Origin: Octopus sinensis | Taxonomy: Eukaryota | DNA: 64,000 nucleotides | Assembly (NCBI RefSeq): GCF_006345805.1 | Contig: NC_043006.1 | Location: 38,936,001 to 39,000,000 of the forward strand | Direction of reading: 5' to 3' | Shown here: positions 1-11,367 of the stretch, piece by piece | Position numbering within the stretch: the first letter of the stretch is position 1 | Layout: each line of letters starts with the position of its first letter | Program-made: the position numbers and the translations under genes | The notes under the pieces: generated by a model | What the model saw: the letters and a program-made list of their open reading frames with translations, nothing else | Told to the model about the DNA's origin: nothing | Database searches by the model: none

Positions 1-1
1 G

Positions 2-140
2 GTAAAAATAAGTAATCCTCTAACAGACTGGTATCCCCTGCAGGAAGGAATATATAGGCCAGAGAGACAGGGAAACGACCCCGATGCTCCTTACAGAATA
101 ATGTGGACACCCCATTCTCTCTCAAAGAACTCAAATTCAG
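2..140 (+). mobile_element. Possible decayed LINE reverse transcriptase remnant (I/Nimb-like)
   Basis: Frame 2 reads VKISNPLTDWYPLQEGI, reminiscent of the segment before the RT GVPQG motif; another frame reads NVDTPFSLKELK, like YNxPFSLxEL. Short and in unexpected order. Confidence 0.25.
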
Positions 141-462
141 ACATATTTTGTACCAAGCAGGTTGGTACACATCATGTTGTTCCAATAATGATAATTATGG
201 AACTGAAAACGTGTCTTGGGCACTGAATGAGTTTGCAAATTCTTTATCAATGGTCTACACACGTTTTTTTTTCCTGTATTTTTATGACCATACTGGTGTC
301 CAGAGAGCAGCTGTTTTCAATGAGAGAGCATTCTTTTTAAATGTATTGTATGTGGTTTCACACAACAAATTTCTGGCTGATGGTGTTTTAATTTGGTGGA
401 TGTTTCAAATTTTAAGTTCCACTAATATACTTTCAACTCATTGGTCTCCAGAGAGTCAACTG

Positions 463-1005
463 TATGCATGTATGTATGTATGTATGTCATTATTCAATTT
501 TATTTCAAGATTTCTTGCCAATAGAGAAAGAGCCGGTTTCTAACCTAGATCCAAGGCTCCTTCATTGGAATTTAAACATCAACAACAGGGTATTTTTGTT
601 TGTATGTATGTATATGTGCAGATTTGTATGTATATATGTGCAGATTTGTATGTTTTGCTTTATGTATGTATTCTCATGCATATAGTTGCATGTCTAGACA
701 TGCAAATATATATTTAAATGATAAACTTCTGGAAAGTTTTACAGATTTCCACAGTTCTAGTGATGGATTGGATCCGTAGTCTTCGAATCAGCTTTATCCT
801 TTCTAGTCTTGAGAAGCCTAATTTCTCAAGATTGGTATTTAGGCAGTGTGTTACATATCCTAGGGCCCCAATAATTACAGGTATAAATCTGAACTTGTAA
901 TCTGGATAGAGTAACTGCAGATTCCTCAATAGTTTAGCATAGGTATTCTCTTTTTCAATAATATTCAGCTAATTTCCACAATTGTGCAGTTTCTCTTCTC
1001 TGTCT
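463..1005 (-). mobile_element. 5'-truncated RLE-type non-LTR retrotransposon (R4/Dong-like), endonuclease C-terminus plus 3' UTR
   Basis: Minus ORF 714..929 (RNLQLLYPDYKFRFIPVIIGALGYV...) preceded by EKENTYAKLL. The K..Y..L and IPVIIGALG pattern is typical of restriction-like endonuclease tails. Ends in (CATA)n; homologous copies at 20670 and 46345. Confidence 0.8.
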
Positions 1006-1335
1006 GTGTGTCTGTCAGTCTGAATGTATGTATATATGTAGGTAGGTAGGTAGGTAGGTACATAGCTATATGTGCCAATTAACTGAGAGTTTAATTAGAA
1101 ACGGTGATGTAGTAATTAATAGTATTTATTTGCTATCAATGCATATTTTAGGTTGGATTATACTAATTAGCAATAAATTATTGCATTAGACTGACCAGAT
1201 TACTGACATAAATTTCAATCATTGCACACTTGAATGGTTCCCAAGTTTATGAACCATGACTCTTGTCTGTATATAATATATTTCCCTTGGTGTAGGTGAG
1301 TGTGGAAAATATGGGTAATGAGCATTTTTCTAAAT

Positions 1336-1684
1336 CAATGGTACTTAACTGGGGTCAGTATGACCCCCCCCCCACTGGGGGTCCATATAAAACTTTTGGG
1401 AGTTCATGCCAGCAAGATAGTAAATTAGGCCCCTACAATAGTATTTTAAGGGTCCATGAAGAAAATTTTGCCTTAGTCTATTTATGGCAAGAAATAGCTA
1501 GGTTTCTTTGTCTAACGTTATCCATAGTTCAACCTATACAAGTTAATGGGTGAAAAGCAAAAGAAGAATTTTGGAAGAAGTGTCCATAAAATGAGTTTTT
1601 AAATATTGAATGACTGTTAGGGGTCCACCAGATTGAAATAGTCAACAAAGGGGTTCATAGGCAGAATATGGTTGAAAGTTACTG
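1336..1684. mobile_element. hAT/Charlie-like MITE (degenerate)
   Basis: Ends CAATGGTACTTAAC ... GTTGAAAGTTACTG; flanks ttctaaat / ttgtagat (6 of 8 match, NTCTARAN-like); repeated subterminal GGGTCCA motifs. Confidence 0.65.
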
Positions 1685-2471
1685 TTGTAGATCTATTATG
1701 GCAGTCTTAGTGACACTGAGACCTTTTAAATAGTAGGGTTAGGAGGTCCTCCTAGTTTAATACTACTGTGTGATCCTTGGGTCCCTTCTGCAAGGTTTAC
1801 TCTGTTATAGTTGCAAAACCACCATCATCATCGTCACCACCACCAGCATCATCATCATCAACTCCACCAGCATCATCTAAACCACCAGTACTGGGGTTGA
1901 TCTATTTGACTAAAGATATTTGAAGGCAGTGCCCCAGCATGGCCACAATCTAATGGCTGAATCAATTAAAAGAATAAGAGAACAAAAGAATAAAAGAATG
2001 CAGAGAAATGTGGCAGACAATGCTATTAATGATGGGCACTAATGAAAGCAAAAAGTAAGTTGGGGCCCCAAAAGGCCCTACTTTGAGTGCTAAAGCCATA
2101 ACAAAAATTGGATTTACTGCTCAATGCAGCAAAGGAGGGCTTAAAGCCAGAGCTAAAGCAAGTCCTGAGGCTGATATAACTGATTTGCCCCCTTCTCTCA
2201 AAATTGGTGGCCCTTAACCTTGCAATGGACTGGCATCATGTTTAGGGAGAATGACATGGACCCAGTCATTTGTATGCAATGGAATCTGGGTAACCAGACT
2301 CACATCTTGTGCTCAAGAGGGAAAGGGTTTGATTTAAGGCAAATTTAGTTGTTATTTCTAGCTGGTTTAGCAACCATGTAGAGCAGTGTTTCTCAATGAT
2401 TTTTTACCCAAGGGGCCTTTCTCACTCAAATGGACCCTCATAGCCATTTGATGCTTAAAACATCCTTTTAT

Positions 2472-2637
2472 AGGTGCAGGAGTGGCTGTGTGGTAAGAAG
2501 CTTGCTTCCCAGCCACATCATTCCAGGTTCAGTTCCACAGTGTGGCACCTTAGGCAAGTGTCTCCTACTATAAGCTAGGGCCAATCAAAGCCTAGTGAGT
2601 GGATTTGGTAGATGAAAACTGAAAGACGCTTGTCGTA
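2472..2637 (+). mobile_element. SINE family A, tRNA-derived head fragment
   Basis: ggtgcaggagtggctgtgtggtaag...ggttcagttcc with A/B-box-like motifs; many homologous copies in the window (e.g. 4849, 13370, 18995, 20500, 31020, 47050). Confidence 0.8.
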
Positions 2638-2677
2638 TACATATATATATATATATGTATATTATATATATATATAT

Positions 2678-2719
<42 letters not shown>

Positions 2720-2723
<4 letters not shown>

Positions 2724-2862
2724 TCATCATCATCATTGTCGTCGTTGTTTAACATCTGCTTTCCATGCTGGCATGGGTTTGACAGTTTGACTGAGAACTG
2801 GCAAGCCAGAAGGCTGTACCAGGTTCCAATCTGATCTGGCAAGGTTTCTACAGCTGGATACC
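2720..2862 (-). mobile_element. Family D (GAT)n-tailed retroelement, 3' fragment
   Basis: catcatcat...tttaacatctgctttccatgctggcatggg; homologous to more than 12 other copies in the window. Confidence 0.8.
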
Positions 2863-2883
2863 TTTATATATATTTATATATAT

Positions 2884-3150
2884 AAAACAATTGTAGCATG
2901 GAAGGTGTTTATAAGCCATTTAAGAAACACACAAAAATCGTTAGATTCACTTCAACATTTAAATTTAATTTGTCAAAATATTTTTGTTGCTTTGAAACCG
3001 CGACCTGGTCACCGACAAATTTCCATGGAAGTGACTCAAGCGATTTTTATATGTTTCTTAAATGGCTTATAAACACCTTCCATGCTACAACAGTTTTCGT
3101 TCCAGCACACAATTTTAGATTAGGTCACTTGGTATGCAAGTACATCTTCG

Positions 3151-3152
<2 letters not shown>
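2884..3152. mobile_element. Foldback element in (TA)n, probably PLE-derived
   Basis: Inverted arms ~2884-2953 and ~3029-3096 (tgtagcatggaaggtgtttataagccatttaagaaaca and its reverse complement); the spacer has a degenerate hammerhead-like layout on the minus strand. Confidence 0.6.
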
Positions 3153-3195
<43 letters not shown>

Positions 3196-3229
3196 GATGG
3201 ATGGATGTATATATGGATGGATGGATTTG

Positions 3230-3752
3230 TGCGTCTGTGTTTGTCCCCCAACATCGCTTGACAAGCGATGTTGGTATGTTTATGTCTCTGTAACTTAGCG
3301 GCCCAGCAAAAGGGACTGATAGAATAAGTATTAGGCTTACAAAGAATAAGTCCTGGGATTGATTTGTTCGATTAAAAGGTAGTGTTCCATCATGGCCACA
3401 GTCAAATGACTGAAACAAGTAAAAAAATATCTTTTACAATTAAATATTATTAGGAATTCTCTTTTTTTTCTTTTACTCTTTTACTTGTTTCAGTCATTTG
3501 ACTGTAGCCATGCTAGAGCACTGCCGTTAGTCGAGCAAATCGACCCCAGGACTTATTCTTTGTAAGCCTAGTACTTATTCTATTGGTCTCTTTTACCGAA
3601 CTGCTAAGTTACGGGGACGTAAACACACTAGCACCAGTTGTCAAGCGATGTTGAGGGGACAAACACACACACACACATATATATACATATACATATATAC
3701 GACAGGCTTCTTTCAGTTTCCGTCTACCAAATCCACTCACAAGGCTTTGGTC
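3230..3752. mobile_element. Two family A SINE 3' halves, tail-to-tail (3230-3425 +, 3465-3752 -)
   Basis: Both carry gtaacttagc...gatagaataagtactaggcttacaaagaataagtcctggg...cagtcaaatgactgaaacaagtaaaa, in opposite orientations. Confidence 0.85.
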
Positions 3753-4129
3753 ACTTGTATAAAAAAATTAAAATATTTTGTTTATTGTAAAAATATAACC
3801 AACTTATTGCACATAAATTTCAATGACAAAATCTTATGTGGACCCCTAAGGGCCATTTGGATGTAGAGGCTCCCTTGTTGGCTCATCACTGTTGTTGTTG
3901 TTTTTGTTGTTGTTGCTATTTGTCTTCGCTGTTTTGTATTAATACCAAAATCTCTATTATACACTCAACCATATTACAAATAGAATGACCAGAGCAATAC
4001 ACTAACACACTAGCTACACCACTCCTACCACCACCACCACCACCACCACCGCCAATACCACCACGCTATTTGTAATACTGTTCCTATAAATCACTGCTGA
4101 TTTGACTGAAAAGCTGGATGGAGAGAGAA

Positions 4130-4162
<33 letters not shown>

Positions 4163-5261
4163 GTAGAGACAAAAAGAAAATGAAAAGGAAAACAAAAATA
4201 AGAGTAGAGAAATACAGGGAGAAAGAGAAGACCAAGAAGAAAAAGGAGAAGAAGAAAAAGAGGAAGAAAGCCGAAGCACAACAGACCAGTGTGTCAAAAT
4301 CAAATGAAGTGCTAGCATCATTTTCTATATTCTGCACAGAGCTCATTGCTATCTATTGATGCTAACCATAAATATAGACCATCTCAAGCCAAACAAACCA
4401 TCGATCTATCTCCTCCAACCATCAAACTCTTCTTCTTTTTCTTTTATGTATTTTTTTTAGGTTATTTTGTTTTTTAGTATTTTTTTTGTTCATATTTTAT
4501 GTATTTCCATTGTTGACTTTATTTCTTTATTTATATATTCATATATTTATTTATTATATTTTATCCATGTTGATTATTTTATTTTAAGTCAATCCATCCA
4601 TCACAGAGTTTTATAATCCTTCATTTTGTGAGTTCATTTTTCTGTTCACTGGTTGGTTTATAATATTTTGTCGGTTGATATTGCAGTTCATAATGTGTGT
4701 TGTGTGTGTGTGTAGTTTGTGTTGTATAGTTTAGTAGATGATATATCGAATAATAGGTACTATGTATGATGGAGTATTCTATGAGACATACATGTGTGTG
4801 TGCTGTATAGTTTAGTAGAAGATATATTGAATAATATGTACTATGTATAGGCGTAGGAGTGGCTGTGTGGTAAGTAGATTGCTTACCAACCACATGGTTC
4901 CAGATTCAGTCCCACTGCATGGCACTTTGGGCAAGTGTCTTCTATTATAGCCTAGGGCCAACCAAAGCCTTGTGAGTGGATTTGGTAGACGAAAGCTGAA
5001 AGAAGCTCGTCCGTAAAATCACAAATATTATTTAATTTGCTTTGCAGGAGCAACTGTTTTATCGGAAGTGTAAATTGTTGTTAAATGCTTGGAATACGAG
5101 ACTAGAAAAACAGCCAACAACTGATGAAGGGTCTTTCTTTATGTTGTTTGTTTTGTTTTCCATTTATGTCTTTCGTTGTTCGAAATAGTTCATGTTCCAT
5201 GTACTCATGCTTCGTATTTTTTGTTGTACACATTTTGTGACGTCTTGTGCTCACATATGCA

Positions 5262-5295
5262 CATATTTATACATATATATATATATATATATATA

Positions 5296-5369
<74 letters not shown>

Positions 5370-5373
5370 CATA

Positions 5374-5431
<58 letters not shown>

Positions 5432-5595
5432 CATATATATATATATCTATATATATATATACACATATATATATATATACATATATATATATACACATAT
5501 ATTATATATACATATATATATACACATATATATATATACATATATATACATATATATATATAATATATACATATATATATATATACATATATATT
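5262..5595. repeat. (TA)n-rich microsatellite
   Basis: About 330 bp of imperfect TA/TACA repeat. Similar long tracts at 20950-21505 and 52860-53290, plus many shorter ones. Confidence 0.95.
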
Positions 5596-5659
5596 TTTTT
5601 TTTTTTTTTTTGTACTTGTTTCAGTCATTTGACTGCGGCCATGCTGGAGCACCGCCTTT

Positions 5660-5813
5660 TGAGTACAGCAGGGATCACCACCTCCTGCCGGAGCCTCGTG
5701 GAGCTTTTAGGTGTTTTCGCTCAATAAACACACACAACGCCCGGTCTGGGAATCGAAACCGCGATCCTCCGACCGCAAGTCCGCTGCCCTAACCACTAGG
5801 CCATTGCGCCTCA
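5660..5813 (-). mobile_element. SINE family C (tRNA-derived head, CpG-rich, young), 5' part
   Basis: Minus strand gaggcgcaatggcctagtggttagggcagcggac...ggtttcgattcccag, with clear A box (TGGCCTAGTGG) and B-box-like TTTCGATTC; homolog at 57085-57452. Confidence 0.85.
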
Positions 5814-5841
5814 TATATATATATATATGTATGTATAAAAA

Positions 5842-5874
<33 letters not shown>

Positions 5875-5910
5875 TGTATAAAAAATATATATATATATGT
5901 ATATATATAT

Positions 5911-6183
5911 ATATGTATAAAAAATATATATAAAAATACAAAATGGGACAAGAATGCAAAACACTCAAATAGACGACACAAAAAACGAACGTGTCATTCG
6001 AAGCCTCTAATCTTCAGTCAAGCGAGGATGATCAGGTTCTTGACTGAAGATTAGAGGCTTCGAATGACCCGTCCGTTTTTTGTGTCGTCTATTTGAGTGT
6101 TTTGCGTTCTTGTCCCATTTTGTACGTTTATATATATTTTTTATACATATATTATTGCGGCATAACGTACATCTTGTTCTCTG
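5911..6183. mobile_element. Near-perfect foldback element in (TA)n, PLE-like 3' UTR family
   Basis: Arms 5911-6022 and 6039-6150 with a 16-nt loop; arm sequence is homologous to single-arm elements at 17325-17560 and 27350-27720. Confidence 0.75.
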
Positions 6184-6728
6184 ATATATATATATATAAT
6201 ATATATATATATATACAACCATAAAAGCTAGCATCATTGGGTGTTGAGCACTTTTCACCATAACTCTGCTCCATCATATTTTATCTTGGATTAACCAACA
6301 ACGACAACAGCAGCATCAATGAATAAAAAAGAAATCCATCACAAATGACCACCACCACCACCACCACAAGCAACAACAACAACATCATCATCATCGTTGT
6401 CATCATCAACAGCATTCGTTAAGTGTTTATAGAAAGAGAGAATATGATGGAAGTAATGTCTACAAAAGATAAGCTTGACAATTGTGTGAGTGTGTGTGTT
6501 GTGCGAGTGTCAAGAACCATTTAGAATAGCAAACTCTTAATTAGAGAGAAATGTTTGTTATTGTTGTTGCTGTTATTCAGACAGATGCCTGATTCCATTT
6601 ATATTAGTTCTGTAAGTGGATTCTTTCTCCTTCATATACACTTTCAATCTGACGTGAAAATATAACTGTTTATATATACTTGTGTATAGTTATACTTCCC
6701 GTGTACAAGGATATATCTATTTTATATA

Positions 6729-6778
<50 letters not shown>

Positions 6779-7120
6779 TTTGTCTTTTGCATTTGCATCT
6801 ATGTACAAAGACATCTACATACTTATTATCATTAATATCTTTTTAGATTTGTCTTTTTTCTTTTCCATTATGGATTGGTTATGTCATGGCAGTTGAAATA
6901 ACAGTGAAAACCTGGACAATTTTACTGTTGTCTGTCTAACAGAGAATATTGCGTATAATTTATCATTCCATCAGCACTAAGAAACCATCATTTTGCACAG
7001 TGGTATAGTTAAAGTGTGTGTTGTTGAGGACAGCTCTTAATTTTACTCCATTCCTACCCTTGAGGTCCCACAAGCCTATACAAGCTTATACCGAAACCCA
7101 AAAGTGCTGCCCTTCTTTAA

Positions 7121-7339
7121 CCCTTTAGTGTTCAGATTATTCAATCAAACATAATGCCTATTGATTCCCATTGATTTGATTTAATCATGCATTATCTTAT
7201 AGCTTCAAGATCTTGATGGTGTAATTACCTAATGTAGAATAACATTGTAGGGTAGGTGTGAGAGCCTGGATCTGGTCAGTTTGAACATAAAACAGATTAA
7301 CTATTTTGGCCGGATATGGCCGGTTTAAATACTAAAGGG
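7121..7339. mobile_element. TTAA-specific MITE (piggyBac-like)
   Basis: TTAA|CCCTTTAGTGTT ... AATACTAAAGGG|TTAA; second copy at 14061-14760. Confidence 0.85.
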
Positions 7340-7769
7340 TTAAGTATCACCTAGAGTGGACAGCTATGCTACCACCTTTGCAGACAGACCAAAGGGTACT
7401 CTTTATCACATTAATTCTTATATGGAGTTACTCACCCCTTAGATGAATTGGTAGGTAGTGGATCTGTCTTGAGCCCTAAGTCTCATCAACTGAATGGGAT
7501 CACATTTTCCCAGGAAAAGACACTAAGTCATTGCAGAGTTGCTCATTTATATCCTTTATTTTTACTTGTTTCAGTCATTTGACTGAGCTCCACCTTTTGT
7601 CAGACAAATCAACCTCAGGATTTATTCTTTGTAAACCTAGTGCTTATTCTATGGTGCTCTTTTGCCAAACTGCTTAGTTACAAGGACGTAAACACACCGA
7701 CATCAGTTGTCAAGTAATAGTGGGGTGGGGAGAAACACAGACACAAACATACACAGATATATATTTATT

Positions 7770-8151
7770 TTTCTTTTACTCTTTTACTTGTTGCAGTCAT
7801 TTGGCTGTGGCCATGCTGGAGCACTGCCTTTAGTCAAGCAAATCGATCCCAAAACTTATTCTTTGTAAGTCTAGTACTTATTCTATCGGTCTCTTTTGCC
7901 AAACCGCTAAGTTACTGGGATGTAAACACACCTCCAGCGGTTGTCAAGCGATGTTGGGAGGACAAACACAGACGCACAAACATATACATATATACGACAG
8001 GCTTCTTTCAGTTTCCGTCTACGAAATCCACTCAAAAGGCTTTGGTCGACCTGAGTAGAAGACACTTGCCCAAGGTACCATGCAGTGGGACTGAGCCTGG
8101 AACCATGTGGTTTGTAAGCAAGCTACTTACCACACAGCCACTCCTACGCCT
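7770..8151 (-). mobile_element. SINE family A, full-length copy (preceded by another 3' half at 7550-7750)
   Basis: Head ggcgtaggagtggctgtgtgg, internal (TA/TG)n, central domain and ctccagcatggccacagccaaatgactg-AAAAG tail. Confidence 0.85.
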
Positions 8152-8415
8152 ATGTATCTATATGTATATCTTTATATATATTCATGTGTATCTGTATGTT
8201 TATATGTATAAAGACCTTGATAAAGATTTCAGCATTCAAGTTCTGCATGTGTGTGTCTTTTTGTCAGTGTTTGTCCCTGCCATCACTGCTTGACAACTGG
8301 TGTTGGCATGTTTACAACCAGTAACTTAGCAGTTCAGCAAAAGAGACTGATACAATAAGTACTAGGTTTAGAAAGAAAGTCCTGAGGTCAATTTGCTTGA
8401 CTAAAACCCCTCAAA

Positions 8416-8750
8416 GCTTTTTACATGCTACCAGCACAGGAGCCAGTTGGAGGGGGGACTGGCATCGACCATGCTGAAATGGTGCTTTTTCAAACCACTG
8501 GCACAGGAGCCAGTCGTGGGAGCGGGGGGCTGGCATCAACTCACGCTTGAATGGAGCTTATTACATGCCACCAGCACAGGTGCCAGTCAGGCGGCACTGG
8601 TATTGATCCATGCTCGAATGGTGCTTATTACGTGCCACCAGCACAGGTGAGAGTCAGGCTGCACTGGTATCAACCCACGCTTGAATGGCACTTATTATGT
8701 GCCACCAGCACGGGTGCCAGTCAGGTGGCACTGGCATCGGTCACAACTAC
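8416..8750. repeat. Five tandem ~67-bp units (internal subrepeat of family D)
   Basis: Units start near 8416, 8484, 8556, 8623 and 8690: gcttattacgtgccaccagcacaggtgccagtcaggcggcactggcat...cacgctcgaatggt. Confidence 0.85.
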
Positions 8751-8796
8751 AATTTCCATTTTCATTTCAGTCTTGATTAGCTTTTGATTTTTTGAC

Positions 8797-8832
<36 letters not shown>

Positions 8833-9350
8833 CTGTCTGTATGTCTACACTACTTCTGTGAGAATTTCCATACAAGTACCACCATATTTATAATTACATT
8901 TATACCTATGCACCTGTTCTCATGCAAACATCAATGTAGCTGCTTGTGTGAATGCATGCGTATACATATGTGTCCATGTACATATGTGTTTGCTTATGCA
9001 TACATAATCTATTCAAGACATGATAGATTACAATCAAGATCTCTATATTTTGCTTCGTTATTGGAATTTCATATCATTTTAGATTCAGTGTCCATTTTCT
9101 GTTTTCCGTTTTCTTTCTTCTTCCTTTTAGTTTTTTTTTCCATTCTAAGTTTTCATTGTGTTGTTATATTTATCCCTAAGACCTTTTTCTTCTATTTTGA
9201 TTGCATTCTCTTGTTAAACTGGGGTTTGTAATCTTTCTTTGCAATATATTAACCTAATCCACTGCATCGAAAGATTAGTGCAGGCAGATTAAGTTTAGTT
9301 GTATACTGACGAATAGTATTTGATCAAGGGACACTAAAAAGCAGCTTATA

Positions 9351-9712
9351 TGTAGTAGTGGTGGTAGTAGTAGTAGCAGAGGTGGCTGTGGTGGTGGTGG
9401 TCGTAGTAGTAGTAGAGGTGATGGTGGTGGTAGTGGTAGTAGTGGTAGTGGTGGTGGTAGTAGTAGTAGTGGCAGTGATGGTAGTAGTAGTAGAAGTGTT
9501 GGTGGCGGTAGTGGTAGTAGTGGCGGTGGTGGTAGTAGTAGTAGAGGTGGCGGTAGAAGCAGCAGTTGTAGTAGTTGTGGTGGTGGTATTTGTAGTAGTG
9601 GTGGTATTTGTAGTAGTGGTGGTATTTGTATTTGTAGTAGTGGTAGTAGTAGTGGTGGTAATGGTAGTAGTAGTAGTAGCAGTGGCGGTGGTGGTGGTGG
9701 TGGTGGTGGTAA
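9351..9712. repeat. Compound (GTA/GTG)n trinucleotide microsatellite
   Basis: Direct inspection; explains the poly-V and poly-P/L ORFs. Confidence 0.95.
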
Positions 9713-9989
9713 TTGTGTCATGTATGATGTCCTCTGCTGCTACTTTTTTTTTGTGCTTTCCTGACGTGAAATGTTTGCTAGAGTCAAATGAAAAGGCAGA
9801 GGTTATTCTTGGTTTGGCTGTTTGACCGTTTGGATGAATACTACTGAAGCTTGGTAGGAGCCAGGTAGTTCTTAATCACAAAGCTAGAAAGCAGAAAAAA
9901 AAAATGTCTTCTTCAACTGGAGATGTCATGCGACGAAACAGTCTTATAGAATGCCAACCAAAAGACTAATAATAATAATTATAATGATA

Positions 9990-10270
9990 ATCATCATCAT
10001 TGTTTAACATCTGCTTTCCATGCTAGCATGGGTTGGATGATTTGACTTAGGACTGGCGAACCAGATGGCCGCACCAGGCTCCAATCTTGATCTGGCAGAG
10101 TTTTTACAGCTGGATGCCAACCACTCCGAAAGTGTAGTGGGTGCTTTTACGTGCCACTGGCACGAGGGCCAGTCAGGTGGTACTGGTAACAGCCATGCTT
10201 AAATGGTTTTTTCTTATGTGTCACCTGCACAGGAGCCAGTCCAGCGGCACTGGCAACGACCTCACACAAG
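9990..10270 (-). mobile_element. Family D (GAT)n-tailed retroelement copy
   Basis: Same consensus as other family D copies, including two ~67-bp subrepeats. Confidence 0.8.
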
Positions 10271-10274
10271 ATAA

Positions 10275-11367
10275 TAATAATTTCATTTATTTGCCACAAG
10301 GGTGAAGGATGAGGGGGGCAATACAGAGACAGACATAAAGTGTGAGGGTTTACATATAATAATGAAATGATAAATAAAATAAAACGTATACACAGTATAT
10401 ACTGGAGAAAAAGACATGCATATCATACGAAGGTAAAAAAAGAAAGGTGATGGTGAGGATGACAGTGATGTGGCCCTCCTGATACAGAAAGGCCTCTAGG
10501 GATAATCGAGGAACCTCACAGTCCAAGATTTCCCTGAAACACCATGAACAAGTGCCCTCACCAATTCCTTCTCTTCGAATCACAGTTCTACACTTAGAGA
10601 GGTACCAGTCACTCTTGCCATTTTCGCAACTTTCATCCACCTTGCAGTAAACTCACTCAAGGACAGCACTTCCCTCTCCATTCTCAATTTCCTTTTCAAG
10701 TGGAACTGGAAGAAGTCAATGAGAGCTCTACCAAAGAGGAATGTATCTGTCCTCATGCCTTTCAGCCTTGTCCACCAAACAATCTCCTTCACCACAACCA
10801 CCAGGCAAAGGAAAATTGCCTTGCCTGCCTGATTAATGGAGGGCGGTGGTGCAATCTTCACTACAGATTTGACCAACAGATGGATCTGTTCCACACATGA
10901 CAGCAGCCATTCAGCATAACCCCACAAGTCAGCAATGCCCAGACACTGAATGAGGTCATGCAGAATGGTTTGGTCACTGTGTGTGCACCTCAGACAAGTC
11001 TGTCTGACAGCACATCTGTGCCTGTAGTGCTTGTCTCAAACCAGTAGCGCCCCCCGCCCCCACTGGTAGCACTGCTAGGCCAAAGACATCTGGAAATTAT
11101 CTATGATAGTTCCCAAGCAGAAAGACCTCTGGAACAGGCAAGCCATTTCATTTTCGTCTGCACCCAGAGTTTCCCTGAGAACATTGTCACACTTCCCCGC
11201 CACTAATCCTCTATAAATTTCTAAAGCGGGACATCTACCAATCCAATAGCCCAACTGGTAGAGGGCTGTGAGCACCTGACCACATTCTAGGTGCCAGGCA
11301 CCCAATCTTGGTCTTTTCTACACCCAGGAACTGCAGCTCTTTCAAGGAGACAATCTATGGAAAGACT
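10275..11367 (-). mobile_element. 5'-truncated Tx1/L1-clade LINE, ORF2 C-terminus and 3' UTR (decayed)
   Basis: Minus strand reads TCLRCTHSDQTILHDLIQCLGIADLWGYAE (CCHC zinc knuckle) continuing into ORF 10580..10927 (KEIVWWTR...KRKLRMERE...FTARW). AATAAA precedes a (TTA)n tail; flanked by (AAT)n on both sides. Confidence 0.8.

Noticed and set aside
4102-4359. Lys/Arg/Glu-rich ORF
   Set aside because: Derived from a (GA)n/purine-rich low-complexity tract with a TTG start.
5115-5195. CTGATGA ... GAAA pair
   Set aside because: I could not find convincing stems I or II between and around the boxes.
5176-5792. Long Tyr/Ile-rich ORFs, and similar YI, HT, CV and MYVC ORFs across the window
   Set aside because: They are translations of (TA)n, (CA)n and (CATA)n microsatellites, which lack stop codons.
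8416-8750. CRISPR-like repeat/spacer appearance
   Set aside because: Whole units are homologous (no unique spacers), there are no cas genes, and the unit is part of a eukaryotic retroelement.
9275-9825. Poly-Pro/Leu and poly-Val ORFs
   Set aside because: Products of the (GTA/GTG)n repeat; no other sign of coding.
9904-9969. Short ORF MSSSTGDVMRRNSLIECQPKD with an A-rich start context, and a minus-strand acceptor near 9885 giving FVIKNYLAPTKLQ*
   Set aside because: The plus ORF has no splice donor, and neither peptide is recognisable or linked to other exons.
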